Part shown: piece by piece, positions 25,065 through 37,905 of the stretch | How the letters are laid out: every line of letters starts with the position of its first letter | Numbering within the stretch: the first letter of the stretch is position 1 | Source of the DNA: Zygnema circumcarinatum SAG 698-1b | Taxonomy: Eukaryota > Plantae > Zygnematophyceae | DNA length: 64,000 bases | Assembly: GCA_037447605.1 (NCBI GenBank) | Contig: CM074811.1 | Location: 3,658,001-3,722,000, forward strand | Direction of reading: 5' to 3' | Program-made: the position numbers and the translations under genes | Notes under the pieces: model-generated | Databases searched by the model: none | Seen by the model: the letters and a program-made list of their open reading frames with translations, nothing else | What the model was told of the DNA's origin: nothing

Positions 25065-26772
25065 TGGATGGATGGGTGGGGCAGGCGGCGGCGGGCGGCG
25101 CTGCCTATGCGGCGCTGCTTGTGGGCGGGGCCCTGCGCGCGCACCGTACGGCCGCGCGGCTAAGGGAGGAGGTCGCGGCGGCGGGGGAGCCCGCCCTGCG
25201 CGCGGCGCTGCTCGCCAAGTGCGGCATGTTCCGGTGTGCGGCCGTCTGCTCATATTCAATTTGCGTGTGCTGCCTTTTGCATCGGCACCCATTCAAAGGT
25301 TTGGTCTTTAGAAGGGACGCGTGCTGGAGGGTGTGCAGAAGGTACCAAGTGGCGATGCTGGCGCTTGTTCTCTTGGTACGCGCAATGCCTCCTCGAGAGC
25401 GTTTTCTGGCATGTTATATGTCGTCTATGCTCGTCCGGCCGATCAAGCTTTTTGTCATGGCATCATGTTGCCACGTACTCGACAAGGGTTCTCCTCATTT
25501 CCATGTCCTCATTTCCTACTTTCGTTGGCTGCGCCCGAGATTTTCCTCACGTGCAACACGAAGTCCCTTTTCGAATGCAGATGCATGCTGGCAGCGACAA
25601 ACCCGGGAAGTACTGGGTGCGCCTGCTGCTGAGGGAGCTGCTCGAGACTGCCATCGTCGTCTTCATCGGGTGAGAGGCAGAGACCTGTCCTCCCAGGCCT
25701 GCGCAATAAGGCATCTTTGCTAGACATTTTCTTTTTGTGCTAGCGAATCAGCCCTTGCACCCCTGAAACTAAGGCCCCGAGTCGCTTTTGTCAGAAGCTA
25801 TGGTTGAGCAGCTATGGTTGGTCGTGCTCTGCCTCCTGCAGGTGGACTTTCCGCGCTCGTGCGGGCGCCCCCGCGCTGCCCTGCGCTGCGCCCCCGCCCC
25901 TCCACACGGTGGTACGCGCCAAGCCGCTTCTGAAGGGGAGGGGGGGGGGGAGGGGGCAGAGGGGAGGGATGGGGGAGGGGNNNNNNNNNNGGGGCTGCGA
26001 AGGCTGAGCTTGGGCGTTTTGGGGCGCAGGAAGTGGACGCGGTGGACTTCCAAGGCCTGCAGCAGAAGCAGTGGCAGATTGGCATGGTAGGCGCCCCTGC
26101 ACTCGCTCGGCCTTGCTTGCGCTATGTCGCCATGCGGACCCCGCCAGTCACGCAAGCCGTATCTTGTACTCAAGGAAGCTCAGGCGGACGTTTCCGACAG
26201 TAGGAAAGGCTGTTCTAGAAATCAAGCCTGTACTTGTTCTTCTTGGTCTTTATCGTAAATGTTGTGCTCTGATGCGAGGTGTTGACGTGTGACGTGTGGC
26301 GCAGCCTGTTTCATCTCAAGCTTCAGGCTCATTCCTCCTCGTCATCATCCAGAATCCGGGCAGAGAGGCGGCGGGGAGGGAGGGTGGCCGCTCCCTCGGA
26401 GGAGCTGCCACGCCCGCCACCACTTCCTTCTCGCAGGACGAGGCGGTGGCGGCAACCTGCTGTGGACGGTCACAGGGCGCCATGGCTGAGGAGGAGGAGG
26501 AGGAGGAGGAGGAGGAGGAGGAGGAGATGGGAATCGCTTCGCTAGGAGAAGACGAGTTCTGCAGTGAAAGGGGGGTGTCAGGCGAGGGGAGGGCAACAAC
26601 AAAACACAAACCTAAACACAAGTTCTGCAACCTGCAGAACTTGTGTTTAGGTGGCGCCTTGAGCCTTGAGCCTTGCGCTTCTGCTGCGGAGATGGGCGCC
26701 GCCGGCCGTGAAGGGAGGGGGGAGTCGCGCGTGAACCTGCACGGTTCGCCGCACGGCACCCTGCGGTGGTGA
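23231..26772 (+). CDS. Conserved plant multi-pass (7TM-like) membrane protein of unknown function
   Basis: Exons encode YRPLPALFLGFFFTW...|SADLQWALTAVPLLKTIVLGLSFFFW|...LLIAEGLCVTRPHL...RRT|GFVSLLYLTLTGYKAAVPRFS|...|KYWVRLLLRELLETAIVVFIG|WTFR...|EVDAVDF...WQIGM|...LVIIQNP. These motifs match a conserved uncharacterised land-plant family as recalled. There is an internal N gap at 25981-25990. Confidence 0.8.
25018..25062 (+). repeat. (ATG)15 intronic microsatellite
   Basis: Perfect atg array just upstream of an acceptor AG at 25083-25084. Confidence 0.97.
25981..25990. other. Assembly gap (10 N) in G-rich intron
   Basis: N run. Confidence 1.
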
Positions 26773-27418
26773 TGCCATGGAGATCAACTTTAGATGGAAC
26801 TTCCGTCGGCTCCCTCAGATTATTTGCTTGCGTTTATCCTTCACATTCATTTGCCTTTTGTAGAGCATTCTTTTTGATCCAGCAAATTAGTAACTGCTTC
26901 AAAAGTGCAGAACAAATCTGCATAGTTGGCAGAGGGATAAGTGTAGATTAACAGCTTTAGGCAGCCCTTCTTACGAATAAAAATTCAAGTAGACCGAACG
27001 ATTCCCGCACCATTGCTCTTAATGTTGCTACTTCGATTAACTATAAGCCATAATCTGTCCAAAAGTGATGAGTATGCGATGGGATGTGATAGTCGCCCCC
27101 TCCGTGGACTGCCCCCACCCTCCCGCGCGCTCCCCCTCCCCCCCTTCCTCACTTCTCTGTTGTCCCTTATCCGCACAGTAGGTTGCCGCAACCGCCATGC
27201 TGCCACCTCCATGAGAGCAGGCGCGCACCGCAGCGCGCTTAAAAATGGTTGTTTGGGGATGCAGCCAAACGCGCGGCGCGGCGCGGGCTCGCTTGTGCTG
27301 CACAGGGATGCCGGGCGGGGCGATCTTGGGAAGGGATATGGGAAAGGGGGGAAAGGCATACTTCGAAAGCAGACAGGTCGCTGCTGCGCCACACCACACC
27401 ACACCACAGCAGGGGGGT

Positions 27419-27781
27419 ATGGCAGCGAATGCTGCCTTTGAAACAGCCCCCGGGCTGAGCCTCAGCGCTGCTGCTACGACCGGCGAGCCCTCCTGCTTGC
27501 ACGGGCCCCGGGGCCGGTGCTGCCCCCCGGGCCCTTCCGACGCCGAGGCCGACGGGAAAAGCGCGGGGCGCGCGCCGTCCTCCCCACCGCCTCTGCAGTC
27601 CTCTCCATTCAGCCCCTCGGTCACTCTGCCGGCCGGCGGCGGAGCGCGAGCCTGCACGCGCGCAAAGCCTCCTCCACCCTCTTCGAAGGCGGGGCTCTCA
27701 CGCGAGCTGCGCGTGCGCAAGAGACGATGGCTCCCGCGAGAAGAGAGTCGCCGCGAGTGCCGCGTTAAAGGAAGCGTCTGA
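27419..27781 (+). CDS. Candidate orphan ORF or first exon (120 aa, Pro/Ser-rich, basic C-terminus)
   Basis: ATGG start in a GC-rich island resembling the 5' ends of neighbouring genes. No recognisable domain. Confidence 0.25.
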   Translation: MAANAAFETAPGLSLSAAATTGEPSCLHGPRGRCCPPGPSDAEADGKSAGRAPSSPPPLQSSPFSPSVTLPAGGGARACTRAKPPPPSSKAGLSRELRVRKRRWLPREESRRECRVKGSV

Positions 27782-29949
27782 TGAAGGCTCGGCATGCATC
27801 CATCATTGGGTCAGCTTCAATCGCCCTCTGAATGTCAGGGCTTGCTCTACGCCTGCGCTATTGCTCACTTCCTCTTTTTGGTGACAAATGTCGCGGAGGC
27901 TGTTCAGTAGTATCAGTGGAGATGGAGTGAGTTGCCTTTCGCTGTGGGCGCAGCTTGCGAGTGAGCAACTGTGGAAAGTGACACGTGGCACTTAGCGCGG
28001 TGCAGCTTGTGCCTTTCAAGCTGGAAGGACAACAAACACAAAAATCAAAATGTTGCAGTTCCCAAGCGCGTGCTGGCGGGCGTGTCTGACTCGCCGGAGC
28101 ACCCGGCCTTGCGGCCGCTAGCAGGAACGAGGGCACCCAGCCGCAGCAGTCGACTGCTTGAAGCCTTTTCCTGCGAAGGGCGTTGCGCTTTCTTCCATCG
28201 GTCGGCCTTCCTTCAGGACCCTGAAATGGGCGGCCCCGCAATGCGTTTGCTCAACGCGCCGCTGCGGCCGCACAGTCTGCGCGTGTGTTTGCACGCGTGA
28301 GAATCTTGCAACGTCGCAGACCCATTATATGTTCGGACTTCATCCGCATGACGCCGACCGAGGTCCTCGACTTGAACCCTAACAGGGCACACTCGAATAT
28401 ATTTCACCAGAACCGAGGCAACGCCGTCCCCAAAAACCTCAACACCTCATCCGATTTGGATACCTCACACAGCTTCATTGTTGAAAATTGAGAAAGCACT
28501 ACGAGTTTGCAAGTATCACAAATTCCGAAGTTAGAAACTCAGAGCACGAGTTTGAGGTTCATTAGGTGAAGCGGAAGGCCGACAACAAGTCAAGGACGCG
28601 CATGCGAGCGCCGAGCTACTCATCAAAGTCGGCCTCCAACCACGCCTGCAAGGAGAATGCGCAGAGCCAAGGGGCACTGGATCAGCGCACAGCCACCTGA
28701 TGCAGCACGTAAGGCACACATTGAACCACCAGCAGCAGCATTCCATCCTCACCACCACATCATGCCCTCAAACTCCCGCCCGGAGTCAGAGCAGTACCTG
28801 CTGAAGCACATAGCTGGCCAACAACGTAGGAAAGAGCGCCACATCATAAGCGAACAGCATCTGACTCTCTTCCCTTCAGCAGCCGCTGGCGAGTCATGCT
28901 GTCACAATGGGCTAGGTTCCCCTGGGCGAATCTCCAGCTCACAGAGTTCTTCCCATGTTCAGGCCTAAACAACAGATATTGAGGAAACAGCTGCTCTTAA
29001 CTGTGCCCGCACCACTGCCTATCGTTTGTGATGCAATGAAGACCCCTATATACTTTAGCCAACAAGTTTTGCTGGGCCCTCAGTTGAACAGCCCCACTTG
29101 CGGATTGAAAACCCACCCTACTTTTTGGAAGGAAAGGAGCTTAATGATTACACATTTCCTCCAGTATCCCGAACCCCCCCCTCTCCCTCTACCCCTCCCT
29201 TGAGAGATGGCTTATAAACCGTCCATAGCATCTCCGTCTCCAGTCTCTGCCGGAACAGAAGAGCTTTGACATCGCTCCATTATAGCTCCGGCTTTGCATA
29301 GATCCCTTGGCCAGTTCCGCCTGTTCAGCCACAGGTAACAGGTCAGCCACCAACAAAACTCATCAGCGTCTAAAAACCTCGAAATTCCCTCAGTCCCACG
29401 GCATGAATCATTGGCACATCCACCCTCGCAGCAAAAACTGACTTCCTAGTGTTAACGGTTTAGCTTCACAAGGCTGGGATAATGACCAGCATATGAAGTT
29501 CGTGGAGAGAGGTGGCCCTACCCGACATGTTTGCCTGCAGCTGCGTATTGCCATCCACCATAGAGCCGAACTCCCCCTCCCATGACAACATGGCCTGGGG
29601 CAAGTCACCGAGCTGCAATGCGCAAGCCGACAAGGATGAAAATACTTTGGGATAACAGCAGCATGAGGCCCTCTTCTTGAAGAAAAATGCAACCAGGTGG
29701 ACCGCATTTCAAGCGCGAGAGGTGCATGCCATGAGGCGAATTGGATTACCACCTGTAAGCAACAGAAGTGCATTCTCCTCTCCGTATCCCTTTTGAGGCT
29801 ACTAAGAACCACAGCTGCGCTTGATATACTTAATAGTAGAGTGCACGATGCCAGAAGCCCTGACATTACATAGCCGTTTCTCAAATGCGCATTCCGTTCA
29901 CTTCAACATTGTTCGACCCGAACATTGCCAGAACCCAACTCAAATGGCA

Positions 29950-32900
29950 CTAGGAACTCACATCCGCTGTATGGAAATGATCGATTGCGAGCCCTTCCAT
30001 GCCCCGAGTGGAGCCCAGCAGCATGTCCTGCAGCATACCCCCGCCCGCCAGATGCATCTCCAGTGCGTTCACACCTCCATAGCCTTCAAGCGCTCCGCCC
30101 CCCATCTCCGCCTGCCCTGCGGGGCCACCGCCTCCACCTCCGCTGCCACCTCCCCCTCCTGGGCTTCCCGCCCTCATCGCATCGCTGCCGGCAAGGAAGC
30201 CCCCCCCCTCCTGCATGGACGCGCTGCCGCCCGCTGCGCCCCGCGATTGCTGCTGGAAGGACCCCTGCTCCACGCCACCCTGAAGGTGAAACGGCGCCTT
30301 TGTGTCAGAGAGAACTTCCTGTACAGGATATGGGTGGGAAGCGCTGTGAGGGAGAAGAAATCGAGAGGCGGTTGGAAGGAGATGGCAACATGAGGGAAAT
30401 CGTTTCATTGAACGGAAAGTTTACTTCTCCACAACTAACATTCATATCTGCTCTCTCTGACCAGGAAAGAAAATGCAAAAGGGCAAAGAAATGCCGACTG
30501 TAGTTATACTGCCGTTAACTGGGAAGACAAGTTGACTGTGAATAAAGGAAAAGTTTCAGGCTCACTTTTGATAACACAACGATACACAGACATAGTGTGT
30601 ACCTGAGTCTGGTGCTGCTGCTGCTGTTGCTGAGGCGGCTGCTGCGGCTCCCCCATGTTGTTGATCTCTGCCTCGTGCCCGATTGCTGCCAGCTTCCGCG
30701 AAAGCAGCTGCAAGTGCATCAGCCCTCCGCACCTCAAAATTAGAAAATCAGCTTCACCATTTTAAATGTGGCCCGCTTCCCCTTTCATTCTGATAAGCAT
30801 GGAATTCTGTTACAACAACCCAGAGTCTCCATGGAAAAGCTGCATATTTAAACAGCAAGAGAACTGCTCTATTCCTGCAACTTTCACGGCTTCTCCCCCA
30901 GAAATGCATGTCCATAGCATTCTGATGTTATAGACTTGTGCAAGCGGAGGCAACACCTGCCTTTCTTCTCGTGGACGTCAAAACAGAGATTGTTCACTCT
31001 ACGCCCACTATCAGGAGTGCAAGGCCTGTCGCGACTTACACGAATAAGACTCCGTCCTTACAAGCCAGGGTGGATGGGAGATACTGCTTAAATGGTTACC
31101 TACATCACAGAAGCAAAGTTACTGCTTCCACCTTTATTGCTCACCTCCACTTGGAGTTGCAGAGACCGCACATAATTGATGATCTCATCCAACATCAAAG
31201 CTTTCCCCGTAACCTGCAGATGTACTCCACCCAGCGTATTACAACAAAGAACATCACTGAAGCACGTTGGCCTATTCTGATGCGCTCTGGTGTCAGTGGC
31301 CACTCTGGGAGGACAGACCCCTCTGAAAGCCGGCGCATCGCTGACATCATCAAGCAGATCAAGCGAGAGGCTTGCCTTAGTGCATGTCGGAACAAGGTCT
31401 TGCAGCACCTTCATTCGTTCACTTATCTTTTCTCTTCGAACCTGGAAAGGCACAAACACGAGTCCCAATAAGCCCCCGTGAAACTAGACCAAAACATCGA
31501 CAATCTTCTCTCCAACGCCATTATTGGACTATAACATCCCTACTCCACGCTGAAAGAAGCAGGCGATTCCCCGGCAATGCCGTACCCTCTCAGCCAGACT
31601 GTGGCTGTCAGTCGCCTGGCCCCTTCGCGCGCGGACGTGGATATAATCCTTTGGAGCGTCCGCCTTCGGCTTCTCGGCTTTGCGACTCGGCCTTCCAAAG
31701 CTCACTTCCATTCCCCCCCTCTCCTCCCCCCGAGGACTCATGTCTTCGTTATCCTCATCCTCCAAATCGTCCTCATCGCCTGTTTTGGACTCCGTGTGCT
31801 CACCTCCAGACTGGGTCCAAAAGAAAAGAGAGAAGGATAAGAAATGGTGAGAAGGGGGACGAGAAAAGGGTCGAAACGGCTCAGCGATCTCATTCATCAC
31901 CAAACGAGATTGCTGCGACAACTGAACAATTCCGTCAAATGACACTACCGAGGTTACCCACCAACTATCCTGCACAAAGGAGTGTGCACTAAAGTAGCAA
32001 TACTGCTGTTCTGTGCATCCAAAATTTCCCCTGACACCAGGCCTCCCACCGTTCCTCCCTTCACTATGCTTGTTGACAAATGACCAGGTGGATAAACTTT
32101 AACTTCATCACGGTAGCGAGTGCTTCATTATGAACATTCCCGTTCGCCATGCAAATAACCTGTCTTACAACAGGCCATTTCTGTGTGAGCTGCCTTTTTC
32201 AACGCATATAACTCGTCCTACGACTCTGCTGCCTTAATTTCTTCCCATGCAAACATAGCTGATAGGAGAATCGCACGTCCTTCGATACATAATATGTGGA
32301 AATCCACATCAACATACCATTTGGCTATTTGTTGGAGACCTTTGACCCTCCTGAGGCGGTGTAGACCTGCCTTTCGGAAATCCTTCTGGAAGAGGGATTG
32401 GGCGCTTCCTCTTATTACGGAACTTCAGAAAGTTTTTTCCGTTCTGTGCTGAACTGCCCACTTCTCCCAGGACACTACCATCACCTGCTACCAGAAAGGA
32501 GGTTGACAATATTAGACAAATCTCCAACTTGGTCCACAGTTCGTTGACTGATGTCAAATGTACATATAGACGTATGCATGGCCTCGTTGGGAAAGGAGTA
32601 CAGTGCGAGGATACTTGTGCCTGGGGAACTCGACGGGAGGACCAAACCGCTAACGCGTCTGCAGAGTCCGACCACTTCTTTATTCTAACCCACGAATGCT
32701 GCTCTTAAGTGTTCGGTAAGGTAAAGCTTCATTCTTTGTGGCAATCAGGAACAATCTGTGAACTATGCAAACTACGACCTGCATGCCACGCGGCATTTGT
32801 ATGAGCCGCTTATGACAAGTTGACCCACCCCACCTTGCGCCTGTCTGGGAAAGCAGGCTGGGTCAGCTCGGTCTTTTGCAAAAAGACTTGGAAACCGACT

Positions 32901-35420
32901 TCTGAGATGAAGAAAAGGGCATGAGTGCAGCCGGAGACTGACCGTCAGACTCGGTTGAAGCGAGCTCACTGTCCTCGAGCACATCACCGAGTGGCGGGCA
33001 GCTGCTCGTCCGAGACAGCTTTGTGCGTGGCAGTCCCATTGAAGTGGGCCTCCTCTCCCTTTCAGGGCTTGATGCTGCTGACTGTACTGTCAACGGCGAG
33101 CGCGATGGAGAGAGGTCGGGAGTGCTCGCCTCGCTCAGATTGCGGTACATGTTGTGCAGGTCGCTCATATCTCCCACCTTCATGGTCATGCCCCCCAGAG
33201 GAGGGGCACTGCTTGTCCGGGCCAGAAGCGATGGAACGCGGTCCTGGCCCCCGTTGGCCCATCCCACTTCACCGGCGCCAATTGCCAAACCCTGGTAATT
33301 TCCCATTCCTACAGAAAGCCCCGCCATCTGCTGGGCTCCCCAACCGACCCTCTGCGGAGGAGGAGGCAGGCCTGCACTGTGGTTATATTCCTTGGACTCT
33401 CCTTCTCCAAACGAGAAGGGATTGCTGTTCTGCCGTCCTCTCGAGTTTAGGGCGTGAGGGGAGGGGGGGAGAGGCGGGACTCCCGGCGAGTTCCTGAGAG
33501 CGAAGCCGCCCTTGCTGGGGTCCACAGTGAGCGTCTGCCCCCAGGAGACGAGGCTCGGCATGCGGTCGATGGATGAGAGAGGCGCTGAGGGAGGCAGCCC
33601 GCTGGAGGCGTTCAGGAGGTGAAGGGGAGTGCCGCCATTTCCCTCACTGTGGTTCAGGCGAGAACCTGCATCCCAGAACGCGAGGTGGCTTACAGATCAG
33701 TTACTGAAACATTGTGTTGGAAGAATGATAACAAAGTGAAAAACATAAGCAGGTAGCTGAACACGCATCCTCGAATAGCCATTGTGGGAGAACCCTCCAC
33801 AGAATGTTGACTTCGGAAAAAACCGACGGCTCTGCACAACTCATCAAACTAAAAGGGACAAACGAAGTTGTACTGTTATCGACATCGTAGATATGAGTTA
33901 GGAAATCCCACTTCACGAAGTAACTCAAATGCCGGTTAGTACAAGGTTCCTTCTATTCCTTTATATCTGGAAATACATGACTCGCGAACGAATACGCTTC
34001 CATTTAGCTAGAACTCTCACAAGACTGCAAAGGCAAGTCTTATCAGATCCATACCTCGGCCACGGACAGCCTTTCTGTTCTGGCCAAACGAATAGTAATC
34101 CCTCCAAAACTGCCAAAATGACATTTCATCTTCAGGCCAGTATAACATCCACAATGATTTTGGATCCTCGCTTTACAGGTTTATGGTGTCTTATTATCCT
34201 GACAAAAGTTCTATATGCTATTCTGCCACCGTTTTGAGAAGCTTAAGAGTGCCAACCTTGGGATAAAGTGGGGCCCTGAACAATCAAAAGGACAACTGAT
34301 CCCGTGGAGTCGCAAGTTTAGCCTGGACAAGCGCTGTACAGGTGGATGCCGTGGAAATGCAGCATGGCCTTCCTTCCACATGGTGCGACATGCAGGGATA
34401 CACCTGCGCTAAGCGTCCAGCTGGCGCACGAGGAATGCAGGCAGGACTGCACGACTGGTTTAACGAGCTGGACGAACAGATAAATGCAAACATTCGACGG
34501 AGGGAACTCAGCACTACTGATTCAAGGATGAGACACTCCTTGAATTAGGTTGCTTGGTTTTTGTATGCTCCTGTCATTCTATGACCTACCAGCAGCTTTC
34601 TCGCTATCTGAGGGTTTGGTCGACAGTGGTCAAAAGTTACAAACAAGAGAGCAAAACTGTAAGGCAGGAAATTTGTCAACCGTGACCCACAGGCCACCGG
34701 TAGGTGCTCTTTGAAAAAACGACGGAAGGAAATCAATGCTCTGCTCGAGATTCATTGCGCAGTAAGTTATGCGAAAAGAGAAGGATAGAGGATTTTGCAG
34801 TACGCTGTGACGGAATCACTGCTATACGACAGTCCTCTATCCACAGAGGTTTCTAATGTCCTGAGTCGAAAAAGCATACATAAGATACTAAAACTGCATT
34901 TGGCTCTAGTTTTTAGATCACCAAGAAAAGATTCCTCTCAATCAGTAAAGCCTGGAGTGCAGGATTTTTGACAACTGCGCATTACAATCTTAACAGTCAG
35001 AGTTGTCCAGATTTACCTCGAAGTTTTCACAAATTTTTATGAATGCAGACAAAATGTTCCGTCCCAGAGGAAAGATATTTGGAGCCTTGAAGTTGATTGA
35101 GAGGCCCTAAGCGACAGTTTGGCTGGGCAGTCTTATACCTGCCGTTGCTCATCCAAATCCTAGCCCTAGCCACCCACGGCTATTCCCCTGACACCAGCAA
35201 CAGCACCGTGAGGACTATTGGAACACAAGGGAGTACCTGCTCGAAGGGCCGCCAAGCGCTCGTGAAGAATGGCCGAGTCAGAAAGGCTCTCGAAGCCTCC
35301 AGGCGACAGGAAGTGGGAGAAGTTCTGGCCGTGCAGGCCGAGCTGCTCCTGCTGACTGCTGGCGGCGGCAGCCGCTGTTGCTTCTGCCAGGATCGCCTTC
35401 CTGTTGATGCCACGTGGCAT
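29950..35420 (-). CDS. bHLH transcription factor, CIB/BPE-like (subfamily XII); 3' end unresolved, may extend to ~28250
   Basis: Exons include 35420-35237, 33665-~32945, ~32480-32340, then PKDYIHVRARRGQATDSHSLAER|VRREKISERMKVLQDLVPTCTK|VTGKALMLDEIINYVRSLQLQVE|LLSRKLAA. This is the canonical subfamily XII bHLH with its usual intron pattern. Confidence 0.9.
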
Positions 35421-36368
35421 CTCCAGGCTGCGCGTCCGCCTTGGCGGGGGGAGCCGTGGCTCTTCCCTGTTTGCAGCCCCGCCCAGGGGCAGGAGAGGCT
35501 CAGCAAGCAAACCAGCTCAAGGGGAAGCACACCTGTTAGACGCTCTCATCTTCCTCCCGACTGAAGGAGATCCCAAGGGCTAAACAAAAGAGCACTAATG
35601 CAGTCTGAACCTATCCCTCGTGCTTATTTCTGCAGGACTCTGCTTGACGAGCACATGCTTCAAACAGGCCATCGACAGAATCGTCATGCAGAAGTTTCAG
35701 AGACGAGCAGAAAGCGGAGTAGAAAAAAAAGACGAGCAAGATGTGCCGACTAGTCAATAAAGGGACCAAGAAGTAGCAGCTTCTTTAAAGACAACGAGGT
35801 TGGGACTGGTTTTGCAGTGCATTGTATGAAAGCAAGAAGACGTCTGCTTCTGGCCGTCCGTCGCATAGACCGAGACCTGCCGAAAGCGAACAACTATTCC
35901 TGAAACGGCAACTTTGCGTTGTTGTCCAATAGCTAGGCGAGCAGTTCCTAGGTAATGTAAGCAGAACAGACGAGGGAAAGCTATTGGAATGCACGTACAT
36001 GTAGTGGACTTGCTGAGCGAAGCAAAGAGTGGGAAGGGGAGAGGCGGTGCGGCGAGGGAGGCGATGAAGGAGGAGGGCAGCAAGAGGCCGAGGGCGAGGG
36101 CGAGGGCACGAGCGAGGGCGGGGCGGCTGGCGGTGGCAGAGCGAGAGCGAGAGCGTGCGGGGCGGGGCGGCCGCGGGCGGCAGGCGGGCGAGCGTGCAGG
36201 CGGGCAGCACGGGAGGGAGTGAGGGCTACCCTGCCTCCCTGCCTCCCTCCCTCCGCGCCTCCGTCCGTCCCTCCGGCAATCGCGCCCACCATCCGCTGCT
36301 GCCGCCCCGCGGCGGTCTTTCGGCGCCGTACACACGTACGGCCGGATCGCGCCGCCCGCCCGCCTGCC

Positions 36369-36429
36369 CGCCTGCGCCAAATCTGCGCCCGCCTGCGCCA
36401 AATCTGCGCCCGCCTGCGCCAAATCTGCG
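36369..36429. repeat. 21-bp tandem repeat x~3
   Basis: cgcctgcgccaaatctgcgcc at 36369, 36390 and 36411. Confidence 0.95.
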
Positions 36430-36589
36430 GCCGGCCGCCCGCGGCCGCCTCCGCCTCCGCGGCGGGGCCGCACGTTGCTTCCTGCCTCTTGCCTGCCGCC
36501 GCTGGAGAGAGGGCGGGAGGGAGGGAGGGAGGGGCTTCTGATCGGATTGCTTGCTCGCTCGCTTGCGGACCCACCGACGAGCCGTTGCG

Positions 36590-36695
36590 CGGTGGTTGCA
36601 GCGATTGGATTCAGTGGTTGCCAACCATTGCCGTGGTTCGAACCATTGGTTAGTGGCCCAGCCAGCCTTTGGCAATGGTCGGCAACCATTGGCTT
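36590..36695. repeat. AACCATTG/CAATGGTT motif cluster (related to 53661-53885)
   Basis: ccaaccattg 36621, aaccattgg 36641, caatggt 36673, gcaaccattgg 36682. Confidence 0.6.
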
Positions 36696-37905
36696 GGTAC
36701 CAGCTGGAAACCCTTCCCAGTCCGGTCCGGTCGCCGCGCGCCGTTCGAGTCCTTCCTTCCTTCCGGGAAGCGCGCCGCGCGCCCGCCCGCCCGCCTGAGG
36801 TGCGGCCAGGCCGAGCCGCCCGCGGAACCGGCCACTGGGAGCCACGACGGTACCATACTGGTCGCAAACTCGAATTCAGAATTCGAAATTCGCCAAATCC
36901 GCGAATGTGGAATTCGCTCGGCTGAGTTGCTCAAATACTGTATGCATAACAAACATGATGCGATATATTTTCCATAATGCGACGTGATGGCGACGTCGCA
37001 TGTCGCACTCTAGGAAATGTGGAAAGCACTCTAGTCGCATTATGGGAAATGTGCCACTTTTGCCTAGCATCGCATGCGAGTCAACATTCTACACGTCGAG
37101 CGTGACATGACATGTCGCTCTATCGCGCAGTTCCGATGGCGAGGACGCCGACCAATGGGGGGACGCTCAGTGTCCCTGTGGGAACACTAACTTCCGCAGC
37201 TTCCGAATTCAGAAAATTCAAATAGAATGCCGAAATTCAGACACGCCTGAAAACTCAGTGCCTCAGAGTCATGGAAGCCGAATTCTAATGAAAATTCACG
37301 AATTTACAAATTTCTACGTATTTTGGAATTCCTAGGCCCAAACCAGCGATTCCGCGGACACTGCCTGGAACTACCAATACTCCACCCCCTATTCGACGCG
37401 GCTGGCACTTGCCCCTCCTCCACTGCGCACTCCTTTGTCGGCGCTCTGCGTTGGTGAGGGCCAGCATCTACTGTCCCGCTGGAAGAGCCCGAGACACCGA
37501 CTGTTCATCGCCTTCATCAGACCACTCTCATCTGCATCCACTGCCGTCCGATTCCTGCCGAGGGAGGCCGCAAATTTGACAGTGTGAAAACGAGATGGTT
37601 CGACAGTCGAACGAGCTTCTCGTTGTAGCTTCGTAGTCGCCGCCAACAGAGTCACAGTAGGGCAGTCAAATTGTAACCCCTCAGAACGGGAAAAGTTAAA
37701 GACTAAACTATTGGTGATACAGCCTCCATGACACTGCTCTTCAACGTGGTATAAGGACGAGCAATCAGAGCAAGGCACAAAAACAGTCTCAGACTATGCG
37801 GGATCCCTGCTCACAGGTACAAAACGCTAAAAAGACACCGCCAAGACCACCCTCTAAAGTGATGCCGATTGCAGTACCGACAACCTGTGAGGTGCAACGA
37901 GCCCC

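Noticed and set aside
35754-36977. Several long Ala/Arg/Pro/Gly-rich ORFs (up to 363 aa)
   Set aside because: Stop-poor GC-rich promoter/5' UTR island of the bHLH, with no domain signal.
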